A DNA stretch of 64,000 bases from the NCBI GenBank assembly GCA_965203555.1, contig CBDBCY010000004.1, positions 1,792,001-1,856,000 of the forward strand, given 5' to 3'. Position numbers and translations under genes: made by a program. This document shows positions 1 through 9,950 of the stretch, piece after piece (position 1 is the stretch's first letter; every line of letters begins with the position of its first letter). The notes beneath the pieces were generated by a model. It ran no database searches and had not been told where the DNA came from. It was given only the letters and a program-made list of their open reading frames with translations. The DNA comes from Acidimicrobiia bacterium. GTDB lineage: Bacteria; Actinomycetota; Acidimicrobiia; Spongiisociales; ZC4RG35.

Positions 1-1378
1 TTATGCCGGGGAGAGCTACCACGAAGGCCTTGGGCACCTCGTCCCATTGAGGATCGGGCACACCCACCACCGCTGTCTCCGCAACTGCGGGGTGTCTGGC
101 GAGGACCCGTTCGATCTCGGCGCTGGCTACGTTCTCTCCGCCGCTTTTGATCATGTCCTTCTTGCGGTCCACGAACCACAGGTAGCCGTCGGCGTCGATG
201 CGGCAGATGTCGCCGGAGTGAAACCATCCGTCGCGGAAGGCGGCGGCGGTCTCTTCGGGATCGTTCCAGTAGCCCGGCGACACCTTCGGCCCGCGGGCAA
301 CCAACTCTCCGGGTTTCCCCGGCGGCACGGGATAGCCTTCGTCGTCCACTATCCGCAGGTCGATGTTGGCGAACGGCCTGCCTGCCGACCCGATCTTGTC
401 GGGGGGAGGGTTGGCCTCCAGGTAGGCGGCGCCGTTGGTGAGTTCGGTCATGCCGTAGGCTTCTGACAGCCGCACATGAGGCAGGGTCTTCTGAAATCGC
501 CGGTACACGGGCGCCGGCAACCCTCCGAACACGATCCACTTCAGAGACGAGAGGTCGTATTCGTCCCGGTCCTCCATCCTCATGATGTCGTGGATGATCT
601 GGGCGGCCAACACCCCTCCCACCACTTTCTCCTTCGCAACCAACTTCACGATCTCCGGTCCCGCATAACTGTGCACCACCACCAGGGTGGCCCCGATGTA
701 GAGAGCCGTGAGCCCTGGAACATCCAAACCGCTGACATGGAACAGCGGCGCCGACAGCATGATGCGATCGGAGGGAAGAAGTTCCAGTTCCAGAATCTGG
801 CCCAGTTGGTTCCAGATCACGTTCCCGTGGGTGGTGATCACCCCCTTGGGGTGGCTGGTGGTGCCGGAGGTGTAGAGGATCCGGGCCATGTCGTCGAGAC
901 CCATCTGGGCATCGGGGACGTCCGCTCCGGCGTTGGCTTCCATCAAGGCGTCGTACGCATGCCACCCCGAAGATCCATAGTGAGCGTGGGTGATAACGTG
1001 GCGAATACCAGGCGAGGAGACCACCGTCTGCCGAGCCTTGTCTTGGAACCGTTCGTCGACCACCAGACCTGTCGAACCGGAGTGGTTGACAATGTAGGTC
1101 AACTCGCGGGGATGAAGACGCCAGTTGAGGGGGATGAACACCGCGCCGATCCGGTTGATGGCCAGTATCTCGATCAGGTAGCGGTGGGAATTGTCGGCCA
1201 GGATGGCGATTATGTCTCCCCTGCCGTATCCAAAGTCCAGCAGCGCCTGCGCCATCTCGCTCACGGACGCATCCAATTGTGAATAGGTGAGACGCACATC
1301 TCCGTCCACCACCGCTTCCCGATCTCCGAAGCGATGCTTGTTCCGCTCCAGCAGTCGGCTCAGATTGGCGGTGGGCAT
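1..1378 (-). CDS. Acyl-CoA synthetase / AMP-binding protein (3' end runs off the window)
   Basis: Manual translation of the minus strand: MPTANLSRLLERNKHRFGDREAVVDGDVRLTY..., AMP-binding motif ILYTSGTTSHPKG (about 843-880), and GEVPKAFVV near the edge. Not in the ORF track because it has no stop in the window. Confidence 0.9.
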   Translation of the reverse strand, partial: MPTANLSRLLERNKHRFGDREAVVDGDVRLTYSQLDASVSEMAQALLDFGYGRGDIIAILADNSHRYLIEILAINRIGAVFIPLNWRLHPRELTYIVNHSGSTGLVVDERFQDKARQTVVSSPGIRHVITHAHYGSSGWHAYDALMEANAGADVPDAQMGLDDMARILYTSGTTSHPKGVITTHGNVIWNQLGQILELELLPSDRIMLSAPLFHVSGLDVPGLTALYIGATLVVVHSYAGPEIVKLVAKEKVVGGVLAAQIIHDIMRMEDRDEYDLSSLKWIVFGGLPAPVYRRFQKTLPHVRLSEAYGMTELTNGAAYLEANPPPDKIGSAGRPFANIDLRIVDDEGYPVPPGKPGELVARGPKVSPGYWNDPEETAAAFRDGWFHSGDICRIDADGYLWFVDRKKDMIKSGGENVASAEIERVLARHPAVAETAVVGVPDPQWDEVPKAFVVALPGI

Positions 1379-1406
1379 AACGCTTTGCGCTCCTCCCCGT
1401 CGGATC

Positions 1407-1913
1407 CTAGGCGCCTGTGCCGTGCTTACTACGGTAGGCCACAATCTCGGCCCTGCTGGGCAGATCGACGAACTCCAATAGATATCCATCGGGATCCCTG
1501 GCCACGAAGGTCTTGATCACGCCGTAATTCTCCAGTTCCACGTCAAGCGGCGCCGACAGACATTCGGCGCCTGCCTCACGGACTCGACGGTACCGGTCTT
1601 CAATGGTCTCGCCTTCCTCGATCTCGAAAGAGATGAGGAACCCGCCCAGGTCTTTCATCCCGCCCGGCCGGGTCCCCGGCGTCAATCCGTCATTCCACTG
1701 GATCAATTCGATCTGACCCAGTTGGGATGGTCCCTGCAGAAACGTAGAGCGTCCCCGGGTTCCCGGCGGGACCGCCAGGAACGTCTCCACGTCCTCGCCC
1801 CCCAAGTCCATCCTCAAAGTGGCGCGATAGCCCAAAACCTGCTGGTAGAAGGCCACCGACCGCTCCAGGTTGCTCACAGGCAGGGCGACGTGGTGGATTT
1901 CGCCGACGCTCAC
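1407..1913 (-). CDS. VOC / glyoxalase family protein
   Basis: IHHVALPVSNLERSVAFY and RDPDGYLLEF motifs. GTG start overlaps the upstream stop (GTGA at 1910-1913). Confidence 0.85.
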   Translation of the reverse strand: MSVGEIHHVALPVSNLERSVAFYQQVLGYRATLRMDLGGEDVETFLAVPPGTRGRSTFLQGPSQLGQIELIQWNDGLTPGTRPGGMKDLGGFLISFEIEEGETIEDRYRRVREAGAECLSAPLDVELENYGVIKTFVARDPDGYLLEFVDLPSRAEIVAYRSKHGTGA

Positions 1914-2974
1914 CGCAATGCCAAGTCGTCGGCTGTTCTCAGTTGGGGCACGACCTCCGCGGCAAAGGTCTCCATGGCCGCCAGGGCTGCCGACCGCTCC
2001 AGAGAAGGTATGCGGAACCACCCTATGTAGTGGGTCACCCCCAGCTTTTCGCCCAAGTTCCCCAGGTTGTCCACCACCTGATCGACCGTACCGAAGTTGC
2101 CGCCATGGGTGAGCGTCTGCTCCAAGGTGAGAAGGTCGATGTTCTCCCGTACCCTGGCGTAGTAGGCGGCTTCGGAGGAAAGCGCATCGTCGGAACCGGG
2201 GATCACTTTACCAACCGAACGGTAGTAGCGAAGCGCCGCTTCGGCGGCCTCCCGGAGACCGGCGGGATCGGCGCCCACCCAGATCTGCTGCATGAACGGC
2301 AACTCATAACGGGTCGGATCGTAACCCCCCTCAACCAGAGAATCCCGGTAGACATCGAAGTTGGCTTTGATCTTCCCCAGGGGTGTGAAGCTGGGAGAGG
2401 TGATGATATTCGAGCCGTCCAAGCCTCGCTTGCGGAAGGAACCGGGAGACACCGCGGCATGCACCAACGGAGGGCCGCCGACCTGGTAGGGCCGTGGATA
2501 TGTGGTGAGGCGCTCACATTCAAAATGCCGCCCCCGGTATGACCAGTCCTCTTCATTCCAGGCCAGATTGAGCACCTCCACCGCTTCGTCGTAGCGTTCC
2601 CGGGATTCGGCGGGATCGACCCCGAACCCTTTGAACTCCCTGGGCTGATATCCCCGGCCTATTCCCATCTGGAACCGCCCCCGACTGATCACATCCAGGG
2701 CCGCTCCCTCCTCGGCCAGGCGGATCGGATCGTGGAAGGGAATCACCATCACCGCGGTGCCGATCATGATCCTTCGGGTGCTGGCCGCGATCGCCGCTCC
2801 GAATTGAAGGGGATTGCCCAGGATGCCGTAGCGGGAAAAATGGTGCTCGGCCAGCCACACCGAGTCGAAACCCAGATGGTCGGCAATCCGTATCTCCTCC
2901 AAGGTGTCGTGGAGAACCTGGTGGTCCTCGTTCTCACCGGCCGAGGGGAACAGGTTCATGATTCCGAATTTCAC
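1910..2974 (-). CDS. LLM-class (luciferase-like) flavin-dependent oxidoreductase
   Basis: GFDSVWLAEHHF, DPIRLAEE, GRFQMGIGRGY motifs. Confidence 0.92.
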   Translation of the reverse strand: MKFGIMNLFPSAGENEDHQVLHDTLEEIRIADHLGFDSVWLAEHHFSRYGILGNPLQFGAAIAASTRRIMIGTAVMVIPFHDPIRLAEEGAALDVISRGRFQMGIGRGYQPREFKGFGVDPAESRERYDEAVEVLNLAWNEEDWSYRGRHFECERLTTYPRPYQVGGPPLVHAAVSPGSFRKRGLDGSNIITSPSFTPLGKIKANFDVYRDSLVEGGYDPTRYELPFMQQIWVGADPAGLREAAEAALRYYRSVGKVIPGSDDALSSEAAYYARVRENIDLLTLEQTLTHGGNFGTVDQVVDNLGNLGEKLGVTHYIGWFRIPSLERSAALAAMETFAAEVVPQLRTADDLALR

Positions 2975-3208
2975 AGGCTTCCTGCTCCTCGGCTATTCCG
3001 ACCGGTCAGTATGTTACCTCTTGGTTGGTAACGAGGCAAGAGGAATTCTCTCCCACACAGGACACAGTGATTGGAGGAAGGCGGGCATCTGTAAAAGAAT
3101 CCTCCGGTTCAGACGAGGCAAGCGGTATCACAACTGTTCAGATCACGTAGCTGCCCACCGCGGTTCTCACCCTTGCTTTGCGCGACGGGAGGTTATTGTC
3201 TTCAAAAC

Positions 3209-3496
3209 ATGAGGTATACCGAGGAGTCGATCAGACGGATATCGGAGGCGGCCATCCCGGAGAACCTGCTGTCCCCCCCTCCGGATGCCCTCGAATTGGG
3301 CAGGAAGATAGCCGCCGCCATCTCGGATGCCTATACGGATGAAGACTGGCGAAGGGTACTGAACAGACTGAGCCCGGATCGGGCAGCCTGGAAAATCTCC
3401 CGCCGTCCATCCGAGGAACGCCATCACCTCCTGTTGCTCTTGGACCCCCACCGTAGAACGGAAGTCGAACGACTGTTGGCCGCCCTGGCCGCGTAG
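3209..3496 (+). CDS. Small hypothetical protein, possible antitoxin; C-terminal half weakly resembles MgtE N-terminal helical repeats
   Basis: 95-aa ORF from ATG 3209, immediately upstream of a toxin-like frame. Confidence 0.5.
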   Translation: MRYTEESIRRISEAAIPENLLSPPPDALELGRKIAAAISDAYTDEDWRRVLNRLSPDRAAWKISRRPSEERHHLLLLLDPHRRTEVERLLAALAA

Positions 3497-3506
3497 CGGA
3501 CTCCCG

Positions 3507-3772
3507 TTGTCAGGAAGGTTCTACGTAACCCGGTCTGCTCGTAGACACGGCATTACGACTGATGATGTCGAGTCGGTCTTGGAGGATCCCAGTGGGTCAT
3601 GAGCATGCCTGCTCTGGCCGAGACCGGCTTGGGGGACCCGGACAGACCCAACTTGCTTGTGTACGGCGGGTTTGATGTCCACGGACAGCCGTTGGTGGTG
3701 TTTGTGGACAGGTTCGAGGAAATGGCTTTCCATGCGGAACCGGGCTTACCCGAATACGAGGAGTTGTTCTGA
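3507..3772 (+). pseudogene. Frameshifted small toxin-like gene (SARxHG-type, RelE/BrnT-like)
   Basis: Frame 1 reads LSGRFYVTRSARRHGITTDDVESVLEDP then stops at 3600-3602. A second frame continues QWVMSMP...LLVYGGFDVHGQPLVVFVDRFEEMAFHAEPGLPEYEELF*. One extra C in GATCCCAG (about 3588) would join them. Confidence 0.55.
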
Positions 3773-3779
3773 AGCAAAC

Positions 3780-4769
3780 TCACCTCGAGGAGTCCTCGGT
3801 ATCGCCATACCCGATCCGCCCTCCCAGCCGGAAGAAGGGCGCCACCGCCTCGTCGCGTTCCCGCAATGTCCGGGCCAGGCCCTTGTCCCGTCGTTCCCGC
3901 AGGAAATTGAACTCTCCCTCCTCCAGCACCAGGTTGGTTGCCCAGCCGTGGCCGACCCACCCGGTCATCTCCCCCACGCCCTTCCCGCGGGCCTCCATAA
4001 CCATCTGCATCATGGCCTTGCCCATCATGATTCCATCGAGGGGCATCATGGTGATGGCGGTGGCGTAGTCGTCAACCCACCGGTCCAACTCGTCTCGGGG
4101 GACGACTTTGTTGACAAACCCGATCCGCTCGGCTTCCGACGCCTCCAGGGGCCGCATGGTGAGCATGATCTCCTTCATTTTCTTCAGCCCCAGGTTCTCG
4201 ATCCAGGCGTACATGTCCTGGGGAGCGGCGCCCAGGTAGCGAAAGGCGGGGTGGGTAAACAGAGCATCGGGAGAGGCGACCACCAGGTCGGTGGCGAGGG
4301 CGATCTGCATGTGGCCCCCGTAGCAATAGCCGTGCACCTGGGAGATGGTGGCCTTCAGGCAGTCGGTGATGGGATTGGTGAAGGCCCCGAAAATCAGGTT
4401 TCGGTCGGGAAGCATGCGTTGGCGTTGGGCGGGGCGTTTTCGAGTGGCCCGGTCCTTGCCCTTGCCGTACCCGATGTAGTGGCCCAACTCGGAGGCGTCG
4501 GCGCCGGTGCCGAAGCAGGGTCCGGCCCCCCGGAAGACGATCACCTTCACGTCGTCGTCCACTTCCGCTTCCTTCACCAGGTCCCCGATGCGCTCCAAGG
4601 AGGCGATGGGAAGGGCGTTGAGGCGCTCGGGCACATTGAAGGTCACGTAGGCAATGGGCTTTTCGGGGTGCTTTTCATAGAGGACGCTTCGTTCCAGGAC
4701 CGCCGGATCGATCTGCATCGCTTCGGCGTCCCACTGTTCTCCCAGCAACTCGTATTCACTCTTTTTCAT
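3780..4769 (-). CDS. Enoyl-CoA hydratase/isomerase (crotonase) family protein
   Basis: FNVPERLNAL, FGTGAD, KATISQVHGYCYGG, EAERIGFVNKVVP. Confidence 0.9.
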   Translation of the reverse strand: MKKSEYELLGEQWDAEAMQIDPAVLERSVLYEKHPEKPIAYVTFNVPERLNALPIASLERIGDLVKEAEVDDDVKVIVFRGAGPCFGTGADASELGHYIGYGKGKDRATRKRPAQRQRMLPDRNLIFGAFTNPITDCLKATISQVHGYCYGGHMQIALATDLVVASPDALFTHPAFRYLGAAPQDMYAWIENLGLKKMKEIMLTMRPLEASEAERIGFVNKVVPRDELDRWVDDYATAITMMPLDGIMMGKAMMQMVMEARGKGVGEMTGWVGHGWATNLVLEEGEFNFLRERRDKGLARTLRERDEAVAPFFRLGGRIGYGDTEDSSR

Positions 4770-6283
4770 GGGATGGTCCTCTCCGGGATTGGTTTCTCCA
4801 GCAGGGCTCGATTGATCTTGCCGGTCTCCGTTCGGGGCAGGGCGGGGACGAATTCCACCTGTCTGACGGCTTTGAAGTGCGCCAGGCGGCCTTTCGCATA
4901 CTCCATCAACTCGGCGTCCATTCCGTCGGAAACGGTACCGGACGCCACCACGTACGCCTTGGGGACCTCGCCCAACCGCTCGTCAGAAACCCCGATTACC
5001 GCAACCTCCGCCACGGCCGGATGGGAACGCAGGGCCTCTTCCAGTTCGGCAGGCCACACCTGGAACCCCCCTGTCTTGATCATGTCCCGTTTCCTCCCCA
5101 CCAAGAACAACACTCCATCCTCGTCCACATACCCCATGTCTCCCGAATGCACCCATCCTTTGCGTACCAGTTTGCCGCTGTGCTCCCGGTCGCCCAGGTA
5201 TCCCTTGGCCAGGTCGCTCTGCACGCAGATCTCGCCCACCTCTCCCAGGCCGAGCGCCCTGCCCCCCTCGTCGCGGATCTCCATGTTCACCCCCTCATAG
5301 ACCCGACCTGCCGACCCGGGCTTCCACTGTCCCGCCGCCAGATCGGCCCGTGTCCATCCCGCCACATGCCCGGTTTCGGTGGAGCCGTAGTTGGTGGCGA
5401 CGGGGATGCCGAAACGCTGTTCGAATCGTCGCCGAAGTTGGGAGTCGAGCGCCTGTCCCGCCACCAGCACCGCTCGCACCGTGCCCAGGTCAACCGGATC
5501 CTCCAGCGTCACCAGGTCGTACAGCATGGTGGGCATGAGGAACAGATTGTCGATGCGGTGCCGACCGACCAACTCCACCACCCGTGAGGCGTTGAACTTT
5601 CGCATCACCAACAGCGCCCGTCCCACGTAGAAGGCGAACAGCAGAGTCTGCTGCCCCCCGCTGTGGAACAGCGGCAGAGCCAGCAGGTTGGGCGGGACGG
5701 CGGGAGGGGCCATCCGGTAGGGTCCGGGACGCCCCTTGGAGACGGATGCCAACTGCTTCACCGCCCCCATGGTTCCCCCGTGGGTGGTGACCACCGGTTT
5801 GGGCAGCCCGGTGGTCCCGCCGGTGAACAGCACCACGGCTTCGTCGGTGTCCTGCATCTCCACGGGATCGACCGTGGACTCTCCCTCCTCGGCCGACTCC
5901 CACTCCCTCATGCTGTCCGAGGTCAGACGAAGCGCCTCCCAACCGTCCGCCGGGGGCGTCTGCGGGGTGACCGCCACCAGCCGCGGGCGGGTCTGTTCCA
6001 GTGTCTTGACCAACTCTTCCCGGTTGTACAGCGAAGAAATGGTGACCGGGACCGCTCCCAGCCTCCAGGCGCCGTACAAAAGAGCAACGACCTCCGGCCG
6101 GTTGGGCGCCACGATGGCCACCCGATCACCTCGGGCTATTCCCCTCGCTTCCAATATCCGCGCCACCGTGATCGAAATCCGGTTCAGAGCCCCCCAACTC
6201 CAAGTGCGCCCGTCTTCGAAAAGCAACGCAGTTCGATCCGCGGCCTCCCGGGCTCGATCCGAGAGCACCGAAGCAATGTTCAC
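4766..6283 (-). CDS. Acyl-CoA ligase (class I adenylate-forming enzyme)
   Basis: FTGGTTGLPK, YGSTE, SGDMG, GRKRDMIKTGG, LPRTETGKI. Confidence 0.92.
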   Translation of the reverse strand: MNIASVLSDRAREAADRTALLFEDGRTWSWGALNRISITVARILEARGIARGDRVAIVAPNRPEVVALLYGAWRLGAVPVTISSLYNREELVKTLEQTRPRLVAVTPQTPPADGWEALRLTSDSMREWESAEEGESTVDPVEMQDTDEAVVLFTGGTTGLPKPVVTTHGGTMGAVKQLASVSKGRPGPYRMAPPAVPPNLLALPLFHSGGQQTLLFAFYVGRALLVMRKFNASRVVELVGRHRIDNLFLMPTMLYDLVTLEDPVDLGTVRAVLVAGQALDSQLRRRFEQRFGIPVATNYGSTETGHVAGWTRADLAAGQWKPGSAGRVYEGVNMEIRDEGGRALGLGEVGEICVQSDLAKGYLGDREHSGKLVRKGWVHSGDMGYVDEDGVLFLVGRKRDMIKTGGFQVWPAELEEALRSHPAVAEVAVIGVSDERLGEVPKAYVVASGTVSDGMDAELMEYAKGRLAHFKAVRQVEFVPALPRTETGKINRALLEKPIPERTIP

Positions 6284-6289
6284 CGGCTG

Positions 6290-7280
6290 TCACCCGTCGC
6301 CCGAATAGAGAGGAGCGCCCTCGGGCTGGATGCAGCGGGACCCGTGGTCGTGACGAGTCTGGGTCCACTCCACATCGAGGTCCGAACACTCTCTCACCGC
6401 ATGGGGGCATCGGGAAGCGAACCGACAGCCCTCGAAGCCGGGCCTCACCCGCGGCGGGGTCCCGTCGATTCCCACCAGCGGCGCCTTCTTCGCCCACATC
6501 GGTACCGACCTCAAAAGGCCCAGCGTGTACGGGTGGTGGGGTGACCCGACCACTTCGGAGGTCGGCCCCAGTTCGACGACCTCTCCCCCGTACATCACCG
6601 CCAGGCGGGTGCAGACTTCCGCGGCCAGCAGCAGATCGTGGGTGACGTAGATCAGCGAATGCCCCATGTCGGTGGCCAGTTCCCTGACCAGTTCCATAAC
6701 CTCGGCCTGGGTGGTGACATCCAGAGCCGAGGTCGACTCGTCGGCGATCACCAGTTCGGGCTCCGAGACGATGGCGATGGCGATGGCGGCCCGCTGTCGC
6801 ATTCCGCCCGACAGCTGATGGGGGTAGGAACGCAACACCCGCCCCGGATCCTGAAACCCCATGCGGGAGATGACTTGTCTCGATCCTTGCGGCCCGGTCG
6901 GCCGCGGTCTGATCGGAACGGTTGGCCCGCAGCACCTGTTTCATCTGGGTGTTGATTCGCAGCAGCGGGTTCAGGGAACTCGATGCGTTCTGGAAGACCA
7001 TCCCCACATGGCGTCCGCGGAGACGACTCAGACTGTTCCGGCCGTCTCCCAGGACCTGCTCGCCCTGGAAGTAGATGGATCCGCCGGTGATATGCACGTT
7101 TCGTTCGGTGAGACCCAGCAGGCTTCGCACCGCGGTGGTCTTTCCGCTTCCCGACTCCCCGATCAGCCCGATCACATCTCCGGGATAGACATCCAGATCG
7201 AATTTGTCCACCGCCACGACAGTTCCCACCGAACTGGTGGCCTCCACCCGCAGGGATCGGACGCTGAGCAGGGGATCCAT
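6290..7280 (-). CDS. Peptide/nickel ABC transporter ATP-binding subunit (DppD-like), broken by one frameshift near 6880
   Basis: Walker A GESGSGKT lies in ORF 6126..7280. LSGGMRQR, IADE and HPYT...C...RC lie in ORF 6290..6862. Removing one base restores ...QVISRMGF. Confidence 0.85.
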
Positions 7281-7284
7281 CAGA

Positions 7285-8178
7285 TCACATGTAGGTCCGC
7301 TTGCGAGGGTCGTATCGGGCCCGCAGGGCGTCGCCCAGCAGGTTGATGGACAGCACCACGAAAGTGATGGCGATCCCCGGGAAGGTCACCACCCACCAGG
7401 CGTCCTGAATGAACTCCCGGCCTCCCGCCAGCATTCCGCCCCAGCTGATATCGGGAGAAACCACCCCCAGGCCCAGGAAGCTCAGGGCGCTTTCGGCAAG
7501 GATCATGGTACCCACTTCCAGGGTGGCCAGCACCAACACAGTGCCGCCCACGTTGGGGAAGATGTGGCGGAGGATGATCCGCATGGGCGAGGCGCCCGCC
7601 GCCCGCAGTCCCAGGATGAATGGCCTCTCCCGAAGGGACAGCGCCTCGGCCCTGATCACCCGGGCGTACTGCGCCCAACTGATGATGGCCAGCACCGCCA
7701 CCAGCACCACCAGGGATCTTCCTCGGCTGACGATGATGGCGATGGCCAGCAGGATGAAGGGAAGGGCCAGTTGGGCGTCCACCACCCGGGCGATGACGGT
7801 GTCCACCCAGCCCCTCCGGTAACCGGCGATCATGCCCAGCAACGTTCCGAACACCGAGCCGACCAGCACCGCGGCGACGGCAATCACAAAAGTAAGGCGG
7901 CCGCCGTAGATAATCCGGGCCAGGATGTCCCGGCCCAGTTGATCGGTGCCGAGCGGATGCTCCCAGGTCCCGCCTTCCAGAAAGATGGGCGGGACCAGCC
8001 GGCCACGCAGGTCCTGCAATCCCGGATCCGCCAGGGGGAGCAGGGGAGCGGCCAGCACCACCAGGCCCAGCAGCAGAAGAGGCAGACTCATCAGCCACAG
8101 CGATCTGTTGCCCGCTCGTCGAGGGCTCTTCGTGTGGTCCGCCGACACCGACCCGGTCAGCATCTTCCGCAGCGTCAT
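7285..8178 (-). CDS. Peptide ABC transporter permease (DppC-like)
   Basis: HPLGTDQLGRD, RHIFPN, ESALSFLGLG, NLLGDALR. ATGA overlap with the upstream permease. Confidence 0.92.
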   Translation of the reverse strand: MTLRKMLTGSVSADHTKSPRRAGNRSLWLMSLPLLLLGLVVLAAPLLPLADPGLQDLRGRLVPPIFLEGGTWEHPLGTDQLGRDILARIIYGGRLTFVIAVAAVLVGSVFGTLLGMIAGYRRGWVDTVIARVVDAQLALPFILLAIAIIVSRGRSLVVLVAVLAIISWAQYARVIRAEALSLRERPFILGLRAAGASPMRIILRHIFPNVGGTVLVLATLEVGTMILAESALSFLGLGVVSPDISWGGMLAGGREFIQDAWWVVTFPGIAITFVVLSINLLGDALRARYDPRKRTYM

Positions 8179-9104
8179 GACGCCTGCTCCCGGATCCGGG
8201 GGTCGATGATCCCGTACAACAGGTCCACCGTCAGGTTGATGACCACGAAGGTCAGGGCGCCCACGATCACGATCGCCTGCACCAGGGAAAAGTCCCGGAA
8301 CTGCACCGCCTGGGTGGCCAGAGTGCCCAGGCCCGGCCAGGCGAACACGAATTCCACGGTGACCGCACCGGAAAGAAGGGCGCCGGCCTGCAGCCCCATG
8401 ATGGTCACCACCGGCAGAGCGGCGTTGCGGATGGCATGGGTGATTATCACCGTGCGTTCCCGCAGGCCCCTCGCCCGGGCGGAGGTGATGTAGGTCTCCT
8501 CCAGCACCTCGCTGAGGCTGGACCGGGTCAGCCTGGCAATGCGGGCCATGGGCAGCACCGACAGGGTCACCGCCGGCAGCACCAGGTGCTGCCAGGTCCC
8601 CGACTGGCCGGCGGGCAGCCACCCCCAGGCCACCGCGAACAGCAGAATGAACATCAGACCCAACCAGAAGAGAGGGATGGACTGGCCGAACAGCGCCACG
8701 AACACCGACATACGGTCCCAGATTCTCCCTTCCTTGAGCGCCGCCACTATCCCCAAGGGAAGGCCGATCAGGGTGGCGATCAGCATCCCCGCCAAAGTCA
8801 GTTGAATGGTGGCGGGAAAACGGCCCAGGATCAGTTCCCAGTTGGGGCGGCTGTAGCGCAGGGAGTCGCCCAGGTCAAAGGTTGCCAACTGGCCCAGGTA
8901 GTTAGCGAACTGGACGGGCAGGGGCTTGTCCAGCCCCAGTTCTATCTGCTTTTCCAGCACCTGTTCCTCGGTGGCGAATTCCCCCAGGATGTTGCGAGCC
9001 GGATCGCCGGCGGTCCGGGCCAGAAAGAAAGCCAGGCTCAGCGCGATCAGCAATGTTATGAGCGCTCCCACCAACTTTGGCGCCATGAACCGCACGAAGC
9101 TCAT
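8175..9104 (-). CDS. Peptide ABC transporter permease (DppB-like)
   Basis: LGLDKP, DLGDS, ARARGL, HAIRNA, VEFVFAWPGLG, DPRIR. Confidence 0.93.
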   Translation of the reverse strand: MSFVRFMAPKLVGALITLLIALSLAFFLARTAGDPARNILGEFATEEQVLEKQIELGLDKPLPVQFANYLGQLATFDLGDSLRYSRPNWELILGRFPATIQLTLAGMLIATLIGLPLGIVAALKEGRIWDRMSVFVALFGQSIPLFWLGLMFILLFAVAWGWLPAGQSGTWQHLVLPAVTLSVLPMARIARLTRSSLSEVLEETYITSARARGLRERTVIITHAIRNAALPVVTIMGLQAGALLSGAVTVEFVFAWPGLGTLATQAVQFRDFSLVQAIVIVGALTFVVINLTVDLLYGIIDPRIREQAS

Positions 9105-9937
9105 CCCCGGACCTCCCCCACCCCGTGGCCGTCGTCGCCCTCCAGCGCAGAACGGTCCCAGTCCCTGCCGGGAATTGCATCGATCAACCGACGTGTATAG
9201 AGGTGGGACGGAGACGCCAGCAAATCCTCGGTGTCACCCGCCTCGACCACCCGACCGTCCTTCATGACATACACCCGGTCGCACAGGTTTCGAACCACGC
9301 TCAGATCATGGCTGATCAGAAGCACCGCGATCTGTTCGGATTCCCGCAGCTGCAGCAGGAGATTGAGTATCTGAGCCTGCACCGAGACATCCAGGGCCGA
9401 AGTCGGCTCGTCGGCCACCAGGAGCGACGGCCGAAGCAGGAGAGCACGCGCTATCGAGACCCGCTGGGCCTGCCCTCCGCTCAACTCGTGCGGGAGGTGG
9501 TCCAACAGGTCTTCCGTCATGCCCACCTTGGCCAAAAGTTCGGCATCGGTTACCCATGTGGTGCGGTCGGGATGAAGGGATCGCAACTCGGAAAGGCCGC
9601 TGCGCACGGTCTGCCGGGGGTCGAGCGAACCGTGCGGGTCCTGGAACACGACCTGGATCCGGGATCTCAGCCGGCGCATCCGGGACCGCGAGATCCCGAT
9701 GATAGATTCACCGGTCAGGAGGATTCTGCCATCGGTGATCCTGCCCAGAAGGGCAGTGGCCAAGGCCAAGGTGGTCTTGCCCGAGCCGGATTCTCCCACC
9801 AAACCGACTATCTCACCGGCTTCGATGTGAAGGGAGACGCCGTCGACTGCCACCACGTCCGGTCTCTTTCCGATCCCCCGTTCCGAGAAAACCACCCGGA
9901 GGTCTTCAATGTGGAGAACCGGCGGGGATTTGGTCAC
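9101..9937 (-). CDS. Peptide ABC transporter ATP-binding subunit (DppF-like)
   Basis: GESGSGKT, LSGGQAQR, ADEPTSALD, SHDL. Confidence 0.93.
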   Translation of the reverse strand: MTKSPPVLHIEDLRVVFSERGIGKRPDVVAVDGVSLHIEAGEIVGLVGESGSGKTTLALATALLGRITDGRILLTGESIIGISRSRMRRLRSRIQVVFQDPHGSLDPRQTVRSGLSELRSLHPDRTTWVTDAELLAKVGMTEDLLDHLPHELSGGQAQRVSIARALLLRPSLLVADEPTSALDVSVQAQILNLLLQLRESEQIAVLLISHDLSVVRNLCDRVYVMKDGRVVEAGDTEDLLASPSHLYTRRLIDAIPGRDWDRSALEGDDGHGVGEVRG

Positions 9938-9950
9938 ATACGGCCTTTGA

